DNA of 64,000 nucleotides from Candidatus Micrarchaeota archaeon (GTDB taxonomy: Archaea; Micrarchaeota; Micrarchaeia; Norongarragalinales; UBA97), in contig JACQBR010000008.1 of assembly GCA_016194335.1 (NCBI GenBank), positions 864 through 64,863 of the forward strand, in the 5' to 3' direction. The translations under genes were made by a program, and so were the position numbers. The notes under the pieces were generated by a model, which was not told the origin of the DNA, made no database searches, and saw only the letters and a program-made list of their open reading frames with translations. Positions 27,717-36,556 of this stretch are shown here, in pieces (positions within the stretch are counted from its first letter, which is position 1; every line of letters starts with the position of its first letter).

Positions 27717-28268
27717 ATGGAGTTCTGCGACCTCAACCTGGCAAACCCCGCGCTGGAAAAACGGGCTTTGGAACTGGGCTTTTCCCGCGCCAGGCCCGCG
27801 GCTGTTTTTGCAGTCAATTCAAGGCCCGCGCTGAGGGCATTGAGGAATTCCAATTCCGGAACAGTCGCAGTCGAGGGGAGTTCCGGAGACCTGCTCAAGG
27901 ACTGCATCCGCGAATGCAGGGATAAAATCCTTCTGATAAATCCCCATTCCGTCCCGCGCTATTTTCTCGACGACGGCCTCGTCCGTTCCGTTGCATCCGC
28001 GGCCCCAAGCCAGAGGGTCGCGTTTGAAATCCAACTGCGACCGCTGCTTCTCTCCAGTTTTGCGCAGAGGGCGAAGATAATCTCGCAAACTTCCGAATTC
28101 CTCCGCCGCTGCCTCAAGCTCGGCGCGCCTTTCGTCCTCACCTCCCGCGCGTCTAGAGAGTGGGAGCTCAAATCCCCCCGCGAAGTGATTGCAATCGGGA
28201 CTCTTTTCGGGCTCAATCACGGCCAGGCGGGAATGGCGGTTGGGAGGACTCCCGGCATCTTGTCATAA
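27717..28268 (+). CDS. rnp3: RNase P protein component 3 (Rpp30-like)
   Basis: Conserved position after rpl15e in the exosome/RNase P superoperon. Size fits a TIM barrel. Confidence 0.5.
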   Translation: MEFCDLNLANPALEKRALELGFSRARPAAVFAVNSRPALRALRNSNSGTVAVEGSSGDLLKDCIRECRDKILLINPHSVPRYFLDDGLVRSVASAAPSQRVAFEIQLRPLLLSSFAQRAKIISQTSEFLRRCLKLGAPFVLTSRASREWELKSPREVIAIGTLFGLNHGQAGMAVGRTPGILS

Positions 28269-28282
28269 GCGATGGTGTGAAA

Positions 28283-28807
28283 ATGGGGCGGTTGGTAATC
28301 AGGCGTGCGGTGCTTCCGGAACTCAGGAAGTTTCTCGAGGACTATCCCGAGCCGGAGGAAGGAGGCGAACGGCGTGCGCTTTCGGCCCACTTTGAAAAGC
28401 TGGAAGAAAGGCCGGAGGGCCGGTCGGAACTCTCAGCGCTCGTGGCGGAAATCGAGAATGGCGGCGGAAGGGCCAGGGTGGGTTTTCGGACGGTTATTTA
28501 CCCAAAGGACGACAACCCGTATTTCGGGCTGGTATACGCCCATCCTGCCTATAGGCGCAGGAATCTTTCCAAAGTCCTTAATGCCGCTGCATTGCGCGAC
28601 GCTTTCGACAATAAGGGCGCTAACTACGTAGTAGGCTCTTTTGCCGCCGACGACAGGCAAACGCTTGAATCCGCAAAAAGGGCGTATGAAGAACTGGGAT
28701 TCAAAGTGAGCATCAGGGACCGGCTCTTTTCCATGGACAGGCGCCAGTATGACCGGTCACGGGAGAAGCACGCGCGGTTGCTCGATGGAGTCAAGCTGGA
28801 AATTTAG
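28283..28807 (+). CDS. GNAT-family N-acetyltransferase (first of two)
   Basis: Acyl-CoA binding-like block VYAHPAYRRRNLSKVL. Confidence 0.5.
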   Translation: MGRLVIRRAVLPELRKFLEDYPEPEEGGERRALSAHFEKLEERPEGRSELSALVAEIENGGGRARVGFRTVIYPKDDNPYFGLVYAHPAYRRRNLSKVLNAAALRDAFDNKGANYVVGSFAADDRQTLESAKRAYEELGFKVSIRDRLFSMDRRQYDRSREKHARLLDGVKLEI

Positions 28808-28847
28808 CCGCCAGCCTCCCATCCGCCCTTTGGGAAAAACATTGAAG

Positions 28848-29354
28848 ATGGTGAAACTTATGCGTTCCAACAGGCCGGTAATCCGACTGGCGAGGGAGGA
28901 AGACCTGCCGGGCATTGCCGCGCTTGCCGGCGAGGCGCTTAGGTCCAAGGAGCTTTACCCCAAGCCCGCCGAATTTGAAGCCGCAGCCAAGGGCGAATCT
29001 AAAGGCATCCTCTTCTTCACCGCGCATCAGGGCGGCCGCGTGGTGGGCTCGTGCTCGGTGAATCTTTCCGGAGAAGAGCCGCAAGTGGGCCACGTTTTCA
29101 CCACCGCACAGCTTCGCGGGAAAGGCATCGCGACGCGCCTCTACCTCCACGCGTTCAGGCACGTTTTTGAAAAGCTGAAAAGGAAGTCGATCGTTCTCAA
29201 TATCAACATAGCCGACTTGGAAAGGCGGCAGAAGGCGAGGGAACGCTTCAAGGCGCTTGGTGCGGATATTGTTGGCGGCGAATTCGGCCACGTCCGCTAC
29301 ACCAAAGAGCAGTACGAAAAGTGGAGACTGGAGATGTCGGGCCGCCAATGGTAA
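28848..29354 (+). CDS. GNAT-family N-acetyltransferase (second of two)
   Basis: Motif A QLRGKGIATRL. Confidence 0.7.
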   Translation: MVKLMRSNRPVIRLAREEDLPGIAALAGEALRSKELYPKPAEFEAAAKGESKGILFFTAHQGGRVVGSCSVNLSGEEPQVGHVFTTAQLRGKGIATRLYLHAFRHVFEKLKRKSIVLNINIADLERRQKARERFKALGADIVGGEFGHVRYTKEQYEKWRLEMSGRQW

Positions 29355-29935
29355 AAATCCTTTTCGCAACTTCAAACGCAGGCAAGGTCCGCGAGGCGAG
29401 GTTTGCCCTTGCGCCCCTTGGAATTGGTGTGGAGCGGGTTGAGGTTGAGTTGCGCGAGGAGCAGGGCGAGAGCGTGGAGGAAGTGGCGAGGGCCAAGGCA
29501 ATCGACGCGTTTGAAATCGTGGGCCGGCCGGTTGCTGTTGAGGACACGGGCTTTTTCATAACGGCGTTCAAGGGGTTTCCAGGCGTCTATTCCAAGCCAG
29601 TGATGAAGGCAATCGGCAGGTCGGGGATTCTCAAATTGGTTGATGGGACGGACGGGAAGGCAGAATTCCGCACGGCAGTTGCGTTTGCGAAAAACCGGGC
29701 GGATGTGGAAATTTTTTCCGGAGCCGCGGCCGGCCGCGTTGCCGATGCGGCGATGGGGGAAAGCGCCGATTCGCTTCCCTACGACTCCCTTTTCATCCCC
29801 GCGGGCGCCCGAAAGACCTACGCGCAGATGGGCGAGGGGGAAAAGCTCTCCAACTCGTCGAGGGCAGTGGCTTTTAGAAAGCTGGGCGAGTTTATTCTAT
29901 CCGGAAAAAAAACCAGGGGATTTGAGTTGAAATGA
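29348..29935 (+). CDS. Non-canonical purine NTP pyrophosphatase (Ham1/RdgB/ITPase)
   Basis: ILFATSNAGK, VEDTG and FKGFPG motifs. Confidence 0.85.
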   Translation: MVKILFATSNAGKVREARFALAPLGIGVERVEVELREEQGESVEEVARAKAIDAFEIVGRPVAVEDTGFFITAFKGFPGVYSKPVMKAIGRSGILKLVDGTDGKAEFRTAVAFAKNRADVEIFSGAAAGRVADAAMGESADSLPYDSLFIPAGARKTYAQMGEGEKLSNSSRAVAFRKLGEFILSGKKTRGFELK

Positions 29936-30261
29936 TTCGTGAAAAGAAAAGGTATCTCCTCATCAAGTTCGAGAGGGAAGGCGGCGTTGCGTTCAGCGCC
30001 GACGAGGCGAAGAAATGCCTCTACCAGGCAATCTTCTCCCTCTTGGGCGAGCAGGGAGCCGCACAGGCCCGCGCGTCGCTTGAGTCGTTTGACGAGAAGG
30101 GCCAACTCGGCATGGTCAAGTGCACCCTCGAGCCCCTCGACCGCGTGATTGCCGCCCTTGCGCTCAAGACGACTTTTGACGGGAAGCCCGTGGCGCTGAG
30201 GCTGCAGAAAATCAGCGGGATGGCGGGGAAGATCGCGGGAAAGAGAGGGCGGTTGCCCTGA
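29932..30261 (+). CDS. rnp2: RNase P protein component 2 (Pop5-like)
   Basis: RYLLIKFE N-terminus. Roughly 110 aa. Conserved position immediately upstream of psmA. Confidence 0.55.
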   Translation: MIREKKRYLLIKFEREGGVAFSADEAKKCLYQAIFSLLGEQGAAQARASLESFDEKGQLGMVKCTLEPLDRVIAALALKTTFDGKPVALRLQKISGMAGKIAGKRGRLP

Positions 30262-30470
30262 AACCCAACGGGCGGGAAATGGCCTCTGCGCAAAAAAGTG
30301 CCAAAAGTTCCCCGATGTTTTCAGCACCTTTTTATACCCTTCCGCCCCGTAATCTTGTTGTAAAGAGACAAGAGATTCGCAAGCTTCCCGGACTGCGCGC
30401 CGGGCTTGTTGTGGCTTTAATAATTTGCAGTGATTAACGCTTTGAGAACTTGCTTGAGGGTGGTCTAGTT

Positions 30471-31184
30471 ATGTATCCAATGTCCCAGTCAGCTTACGAC
30501 AGGACGATTACGGTCTTCTCGCCCGACGGCAGGCTTTTCCAGGTGGAATACGCCCGCGAGGCGGTCAAGACCGGCAGCACGAGCATCGGAATCATCTGCG
30601 CCGACGGCATCGTGATGGCCGCGCACAAGCGCATCGCCTCGCCCCTCGTGGTGGGCGATTCGCACGAGAAGATTTTCCAGGTGGACTCCCACATTGCCGC
30701 CGCATCAAGCGGGCTGGTGGCCGACGCGCGCAAGCTCGTCGACTTCGCCCGGCTCACTGCCCAGCGCCACCGGCTGCTTTACGACGAGCCGATGCAGGCC
30801 GACGCGATTGCCAAGGACGTTGGCGACCACATCCAGTTTTTCACCCAATATGCGGGCGTGCGGCCTTACGGCGTGTCGCTGCTCATTGCGGGGGTGAACA
30901 GCGAGCCGAGGCTTTTTGAGACCGACCCGTCGGGGGCGCTTTTCGAATACAAGGCAACGGCGATAGGCGCGGGGAAAAAGGCGGTTGACGAGATGCTCGA
31001 GAAGGAGTACAAGGACGGCATGACCATGGACGATGGCGTGGCGTTTTGCGTAAAGGCCTTGCGCAAGGTCGTTGAGCAGAAGCTTTCCCCAAAGATAGTC
31101 GACATCGCAAAAATCCCGCTCAAGACCAGGAAGGTGGAACTCCTCACGCAACAGGAGGTTTCGAAGTTCATAGGCGAAAAGTAG
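30471..31184 (+). CDS. psmA: Proteasome alpha subunit
   Basis: YDRTITVFSPDGRLFQVEYA alpha-subunit signature. Confidence 0.93.
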   Translation: MYPMSQSAYDRTITVFSPDGRLFQVEYAREAVKTGSTSIGIICADGIVMAAHKRIASPLVVGDSHEKIFQVDSHIAAASSGLVADARKLVDFARLTAQRHRLLYDEPMQADAIAKDVGDHIQFFTQYAGVRPYGVSLLIAGVNSEPRLFETDPSGALFEYKATAIGAGKKAVDEMLEKEYKDGMTMDDGVAFCVKALRKVVEQKLSPKIVDIAKIPLKTRKVELLTQQEVSKFIGEK

Positions 31185-31205
31185 TTTTTCTTCAAGTGAG
31201 ACAAA

Positions 31206-31895
31206 TTGCCGGGAATTGAAAACACCATTGTCGCTCGGTTGGAGAAGGGCGGCGACCGGTTCGAACTGCTCGTCGACCCAAAGCTTTCCTACGAGTACAA
31301 GACGGGCGCGAAAAAGGACCTCGCGAATGTCCTACTGGTGGATGAGGTTTTCAAGGACGCGCAGCGCGGCGAGAGGCAGTCGCCTTCCGAAATCAGGAAA
31401 GTGTTCGGCACCCTTGAGATAAACGAGATTGCGAGGAGGATTTTTTCCGACGGGGAATTGCAGCTCACCACCGACCAGAGGAGGAAGGTGCTGGAGGAGA
31501 AGAGGCTCAAGATCATAGATCTGATATGCAGGAACTGCGTGGACCCCCGCACGAAGGCGCCGCACCCCCCCGCCCGCGTTGAGAAGGCCCTTGACGAGGC
31601 GCGCTTCACCCCGCAGGCCTTCAAGAGCGCAGAGGAGCAGATGGAGGACGCAATCGAGTCGATTAGGGAAATCATTCCCATCTCGATGGAAAAGGCGCGC
31701 ATTGCCGTGAAGGTGCCCGGGCAGTACGCTCCCAAGTGCTACGGGATGCTCAAGGAATACGGAATCAGGCAGGAGGAGTGGCTCTCCGACGGCTCGCTTG
31801 CCGCGATTGTTGAAATGCCTGCGGGAATCACGTCGCAGTTTTTCGACAGGCTCAACAAGCTCACCGGCGCGACGGCGCAGACCAAGTCGCTTTGA
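31206..31895 (+). CDS. Ribosome maturation protein SBDS/Sdo1
   Basis: N-terminal FYSH domain VARLEKGGDRFELLVDP. Conserved superoperon position. Confidence 0.8.
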   Translation: MPGIENTIVARLEKGGDRFELLVDPKLSYEYKTGAKKDLANVLLVDEVFKDAQRGERQSPSEIRKVFGTLEINEIARRIFSDGELQLTTDQRRKVLEEKRLKIIDLICRNCVDPRTKAPHPPARVEKALDEARFTPQAFKSAEEQMEDAIESIREIIPISMEKARIAVKVPGQYAPKCYGMLKEYGIRQEEWLSDGSLAAIVEMPAGITSQFFDRLNKLTGATAQTKSL

Positions 31896-31959
31896 TCAAA
31901 GCGGATTGATTTGAGGAAAGATTGTTCTTGGGACTTTTTGCCGGTTGCAAAGTCGCTTT

Positions 31960-32130
31960 GACAAGTCATGGGCTTTGCATTGGTGTGGATTGGATTGGGT
32001 TTAAAAAAAATTTAAAGAAATTGGGTTTAAAAAAAATTTAAAGATTGGGTCTGGAAAATTTAGGGAATTGGATTCTAAAAAATTCAAAAATTTATTGGCA
32101 TCGCGTTCGCGTCGTTCTGAAATCATAGGG
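31960..32130. promoter_or_regulatory. AT-rich island with two direct repeats (ttgggtttaaaaaaaatttaaaga) between SBDS and rrp4
   Basis: Local GC is far below the genome average. Repeats at about 32000-32023 and 32028-32051. Confidence 0.45.
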
Positions 32131-32145
32131 AGTTGAAGCCAACTA

Positions 32146-32811
32146 ATGGAATCAGTTGATTTTAATGAAAATGGGGAGCAGGCTCCGGCCGGGCGCGTGC
32201 AGCGCGAGCCGGGCCGCATCGTCCTTCCCGGCGAGATGGTGGCGGACCGCCCCACCGACATGGAGGGGTGCTTCGTGGCAGCGGGCAGGACCTACGTGGG
32301 GGTAATAAGCCTCCTGCGCGAGGGCAAGGTCATCCCCCTCAAGGGCCATTACCTTCCCACGCCGGGCGATTACGTCGTTGGAATCGTCACGGAAGAGCGC
32401 TTTTCGGGCTACAACATCGACCTGCATTCCGCTTACGAGGGGACTTTCTCCACCCGCGACGTGCGCGAGGAATTCAAGGTCGGCGAGGTCATCAGCGCCA
32501 AGATTCTCGACGTGAACGAGGTTAACGAGGCGACGCTTGGCGAGCCGCGCAAGTTCTCCGGCGGGCAGCTTCTCGAGGTGGATTTCGTGAAGGTCCCGCG
32601 CATCATCGGCCGCGGGGGAAGCATGCTGGAGATGATCCGCAGCTACACGGGGACGGACTTGTTCATCGGGAAGAACGGCCGCATCTACATGCGGGGCGGC
32701 AACACCGCGCTTGCCACGCTTGCAATCCTCAAGATAGACCGCGAGGCCCACGTGCAGGGGCTCACCGACCGGCTCAAGGAATTCCTCGAGGTCGAGAGCA
32801 AGCGCGCGTAG
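32146..32811 (+). CDS. rrp4: Exosome RNA-binding subunit Rrp4 (S1 plus KH)
   Basis: S1 and KH domains, the latter with IIGRGGSMLEMI. Confidence 0.88.
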   Translation: MESVDFNENGEQAPAGRVQREPGRIVLPGEMVADRPTDMEGCFVAAGRTYVGVISLLREGKVIPLKGHYLPTPGDYVVGIVTEERFSGYNIDLHSAYEGTFSTRDVREEFKVGEVISAKILDVNEVNEATLGEPRKFSGGQLLEVDFVKVPRIIGRGGSMLEMIRSYTGTDLFIGKNGRIYMRGGNTALATLAILKIDREAHVQGLTDRLKEFLEVESKRA

Positions 32812-32866
32812 GATGAAGTGGGTTACGGAATTGTGTTTGAAGAAAATTTGGAAGTGATTTTGAAAA

Positions 32867-33616
32867 ATGGCAGGAAACAACAACAATCCCAACAAGCCCA
32901 AGCTCCGCGACGGCGGAAGGCGCATCAGCGGCCGCGGCGACGACGAGCTGCGCCCGATGAGCATCGAGGTGGGGCCCATGGTGCGGCCGGAGGGAAGCGC
33001 TATTGTCAACTGGGGCCGCAACAAGGTCCTTGCGGCGGTGTACGGCCCGCGCGAGGTTTTCCCCAAGCACCTCACCGACCCGCACAAGGCGCTGATAAAC
33101 GCCCGTTACATAATGGCGCCGTTCTCGGGCCAGGAGGAGCACGGCAGGGCCGGGCCCAACCGCAGGAGCATCGAAGTCTCCAAGGTCATCAAGCACGTTT
33201 TTGAAAACAACGTCCTTGTCCATTCGTTCCCCAAGACCACCGTTGACCTCATGCTCGAGGTGCTCCAGAGCGACGGGGGCACGCGCGTTTCGGCAATCAA
33301 CGCCGCTTCAGTGGCCCTCGTGGACGCGGGCATCCCCATCCGGGACATCGTGAGCGCGGTTTCGGTTGGCAAGGCCGACGGGAAGATGGTGGTTGACCTC
33401 GACAAGGACGAGGACAATTGGGGGGAGAGCGACATGCCCCTGGCGTTCAGCGTCCGCACGGGCGAGATGCTGCTTTTCCAGATGGACGGCATGCTCACCA
33501 TCGAGGAGCTCTCAACCGGCATTGACCTGGGTTTCGAGGCGGCCAAAAAGGTGCGCGCCATCCAGACTGACGCGCTTGTGAGGAAATACGCCATTCCAGG
33601 GGAGTCGGCGCAATAA
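32867..33616 (+). CDS. rrp41: Exosome catalytic subunit Rrp41 (RNase PH-like)
   Basis: RNase PH fold blocks GRR..GR.DELRP and QSDGGTR. Confidence 0.9.
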   Translation: MAGNNNNPNKPKLRDGGRRISGRGDDELRPMSIEVGPMVRPEGSAIVNWGRNKVLAAVYGPREVFPKHLTDPHKALINARYIMAPFSGQEEHGRAGPNRRSIEVSKVIKHVFENNVLVHSFPKTTVDLMLEVLQSDGGTRVSAINAASVALVDAGIPIRDIVSAVSVGKADGKMVVDLDKDEDNWGESDMPLAFSVRTGEMLLFQMDGMLTIEELSTGIDLGFEAAKKVRAIQTDALVRKYAIPGESAQ

Positions 33617-33691
33617 TCCATTCCGATTGGAAGTTCGGCAAATTGTTTTTTGCGGATAATTGTTTTTGACTGAAGAGAGTGATGCTGAGAA

Positions 33692-34486
33692 ATGGACATG
33701 GACAAGATGATTTTGGAGCAGGTCAAGGAAGAGTACGTCAAGGAGCTTCTCAAGGCAGGCAAGCGCACCGACGGCCGGGCGCTGGACCAATACCGCGAGA
33801 TTTCCGTCACGAAAGGCTATTTGAGAAACGCCGAAGGCAGCGCCCTCGCGTGCATCGGCGCCACGAAGGTGCTTGCGGGAGTGAAGTTTGACATGCTCGA
33901 GCCGTTTGCCGACAGGCCCGCCGAGGGCGTGGTGATGGTGAACTGCGAGTTTTCCCCCGCGGCCCATCCCGGTTTCAACCCCGGCCCGCCTGACGAGAAC
34001 AGCATCGAGCTCGCGCGCGTGGTTGACAGGGGCATCCGCAGTGCCGAGGCGGTTGACGTTGCGGCACTCGGTGCGACGGGCTCGCCAGACGGCAAGGTGC
34101 TTGGCGTCTTCATCGACCTCTACGTGCTTGACCACTCCGGAAACCTCACCGACTGCGCCGCGCTCGCCGCGATGGCCGCGCTCAAGGACGCCAAGGTCCC
34201 CCAACTCAAGGCAGGCAAGATCGTGCGCGGCTCTGACGCCGGAAGGCTCTCCCTGCGCCGCAACGTGGTCACCTGCACTTTCGAGAACGTGGCGGGCAGC
34301 TACCTTCTCGACGCCAATTTCGAGGAGGAAGTGGCCAGCGACGGCAGGCTCACCATCGGCGTGAGCGACGACGGGTTCGTCTGCGCGGGGCAGAAAAGCG
34401 GCGCGGCGTCGATAACCAAGGACGCCCTGCTCGGCCTTGCGCGGGCGACGATGAAAAAGAGCGGGGAACTGTTCGCCCACATTTGA
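33692..34486 (+). CDS. rrp42: Exosome subunit Rrp42
   Basis: RNase PH-like protein, non-catalytic, in the conserved order after rrp41. Confidence 0.88.
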   Translation: MDMDKMILEQVKEEYVKELLKAGKRTDGRALDQYREISVTKGYLRNAEGSALACIGATKVLAGVKFDMLEPFADRPAEGVVMVNCEFSPAAHPGFNPGPPDENSIELARVVDRGIRSAEAVDVAALGATGSPDGKVLGVFIDLYVLDHSGNLTDCAALAAMAALKDAKVPQLKAGKIVRGSDAGRLSLRRNVVTCTFENVAGSYLLDANFEEEVASDGRLTIGVSDDGFVCAGQKSGAASITKDALLGLARATMKKSGELFAHI

Positions 34487-34542
34487 ATTTTTATTTTCAG
34501 TGCATATTGGTTGCAACTTGAACAACAGGAGTTGAAGGAGAA

Positions 34543-34785
34543 ATGGTTTCACGCTACGGTGTCAAGACAAGGAAGCTCCACGCGGCCGCGGTGCGCACTT
34601 CTCGCGCCAAGCACGCCTGCCCCAAGTGCGGCAAGCGCAGCGTGAGGCGCGACGGCTATGCCGTGTGGCACTGCCTCTCGTGCAAGGTGCGATTCGCCGG
34701 CGGGGCCTACTCGCCCGAAACGATGGTAGGCGCGGCCGCCAAGAGGGCACTGAGGCAGGCGCCGGCCGTTTCGAAGGAAGAGTAA
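34543..34785 (+). CDS. rpl37ae: 50S ribosomal protein L37ae
   Basis: Zinc ribbon CPKCGK...CLSCK. Conserved position after rrp42. Confidence 0.9.
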   Translation: MVSRYGVKTRKLHAAAVRTSRAKHACPKCGKRSVRRDGYAVWHCLSCKVRFAGGAYSPETMVGAAAKRALRQAPAVSKEE

Positions 34786-34860
34786 TTTCCTTTATTTTCT
34801 GAACTTGAGTTTCCCTTTATTTCCTGGATTTGAAGAACTGGGGGGGGCGCTTAGGGAATA

Positions 34861-35724
34861 ATGCGTGCTGATTTCGTCACTTTCCGCGCCTTCCTTCCGG
34901 ACAAGTCGCTTGTTTTGCACAGCGACGGCAATGGTGCCGCGCAGGTCGTCGCGGGCGCGATGCACGCGGCGCTTGAGCTTTCCTACGAGTTTTCACCCCT
35001 TGACGCCAAAGGCATCGGGCAATGGGCGCAAAAGGACGCCCAGGCCATCCGCACCGCCTCGGATTTTGCTTCAGTAATCAGGTCAAAGAAGCAGGCGGCA
35101 CTCGAACAGCAGCTTTCCCAATTCGTCAGCCTGCCTTCCGCTGCCCCGGACGCGAATGCCGAAAATTACAAGGCGTCCAAGGCGAGCCCGGTTGAATTTG
35201 CATTCTCGTGCTGCCTCAATTCCCTTGCCGATCCCATGTTCCCCCCGCGTAGAGTTGCGTGGTCCGGGCCCGGCGGCGAAAGGAGCGAAGTGCGCCTGGC
35301 GGCGAACATTTCCGGCTGGATGGCGGTGAAGAAGGCCGACGCGGAAAAGGCCGGGCGCAGGGAAGTGATGGCCGCGTGCGCGGGCATTTTCGAATCGTGC
35401 AGGAGAAAGCTTCCACACCTGCTTTGCGGCGATGCGAAAATTGCGGAGTACGAATCCGCCCTCGACGCCTTCCTCTCCAAATTCCCGGAACGCAAGTCGT
35501 TCTCGCGGCTTCCCGAAATTCTTGAATCCGCAGATAGGGAGAAGATTGCGGACAAGCTCGAGGCCATTTCAGGCTCTCCCCTTGCCCGCGAGCTTTTCTA
35601 CTACGAATGCTTCTCCCGCGCCGGCTTCACCCCGTTCATCCAGCAGGAAACCATCGGCCTGGTGTATCCCGAACTCAAGATTCCAAAACCGCGCGGCAAT
35701 TTCGGGAAGAAGAAAAGGAAGTAG
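34861..35724 (+). CDS. Hypothetical protein (287 aa)
   Basis: Long ORF co-directional with the operon. No motif recognised. Confidence 0.35.
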   Translation: MRADFVTFRAFLPDKSLVLHSDGNGAAQVVAGAMHAALELSYEFSPLDAKGIGQWAQKDAQAIRTASDFASVIRSKKQAALEQQLSQFVSLPSAAPDANAENYKASKASPVEFAFSCCLNSLADPMFPPRRVAWSGPGGERSEVRLAANISGWMAVKKADAEKAGRREVMAACAGIFESCRRKLPHLLCGDAKIAEYESALDAFLSKFPERKSFSRLPEILESADREKIADKLEAISGSPLARELFYYECFSRAGFTPFIQQETIGLVYPELKIPKPRGNFGKKKRK

Positions 35725-35815
35725 ATGCCAAAAGCCGCCGGCTATTCTTTCCGCTTCAGACTCCCCTAATTTTAACATCCTCCATCCACTATAATTCACG
35801 CCATTACTTCAGGGC

Positions 35816-35888
35816 GGGGGATTGGGGTAGCCTGGCATCCTACCAGCTTTGGGAGCTGGTGACCTGAGTTCGAATCTCAGATCCCCCA
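35816..35888 (+). tRNA. tRNA-Pro (anticodon TGG)
   Basis: Acceptor gggggat/atccccc, U8, anticodon loop tTTGGga, T-arm ctgag-ttcgaat-ctcag. 73 nt with no encoded CCA. Confidence 0.75.
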
Positions 35889-35941
35889 CTAAACCTTTTC
35901 TGCGGTGCTCCTCACTTCGTTCGTCCGCCCCTTGAAACGCG

Positions 35942-35994
35942 GCGTGAAGCAAGCAAATTAAAGCGGAGTTTCAGATACTCTTGCTTCACACCGC
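35942..35994. terminator. 10-11-bp inverted repeat (gtgaagcaag / cttgcttcac) with a 26-nt loop, downstream of tRNA-Pro
   Basis: ggcgtgaagcaagc...gcttgcttcacaccgc. Confidence 0.4.
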
Positions 35995-36080
35995 GAAGCT
36001 TTACCAGAAGCTGCGATGAAGAAAAGCCCTTGGGGAAAAGAAAGAACAATTTTTTTTACGAAAAGAATTTTTTTGACAGG

Positions 36081-36527
36081 ATGTCGATTCTCTTGGACGT
36101 TGACCTTGCGAAAGTGAATTTCCGCGCGACTTCCTGCGACGCGATTGTCGTTGAGGCTGGGAGGGTTCTCCTTGCCAGGCGGAAGTTCCCCCCGTTTGCC
36201 GGCTTCTACTGCCTTCCCGGCGGGAGGGTTGACCGGAACGAGACGACCCGGCAGTGCGTGCTTCGCGAGCTTTTTGAAGAGACGGGCCTGAAGGGGAAGG
36301 TCGTGAGGATGCTCGGGGTTTACGACGAGCCCGGCCGTGACGAGCGGCAGACTATAGCCGTGGCGTTCATCGTGGAGCTTGAAAAGGGCCAGTCGCCACT
36401 GAATGAGACGAAAGAAACCGAGGGCATCGCGTTCTTTCCTCTTGACGCCCTTCCAGAAAAAATCGCTTTCGACCACCGCAGGATGATTGCCGACGCTGCG
36501 GGGGCTGACGGCTTATATAGAGATTAA
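36081..36527 (+). CDS. NUDIX hydrolase
   Basis: Nudix box GGRVDRNETTRQCVLRELFEETGL. Confidence 0.85.
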   Translation: MSILLDVDLAKVNFRATSCDAIVVEAGRVLLARRKFPPFAGFYCLPGGRVDRNETTRQCVLRELFEETGLKGKVVRMLGVYDEPGRDERQTIAVAFIVELEKGQSPLNETKETEGIAFFPLDALPEKIAFDHRRMIADAAGADGLYRD

Positions 36528-36556
36528 GGCAAAAAAACCCTGCAGGCAGTATATTC

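Noticed and set aside
32152-34552. Long minus-strand ORFs (311 and 346 aa) across rrp4, rrp41 and rrp42
   Set aside because: Antisense to the conserved exosome genes.
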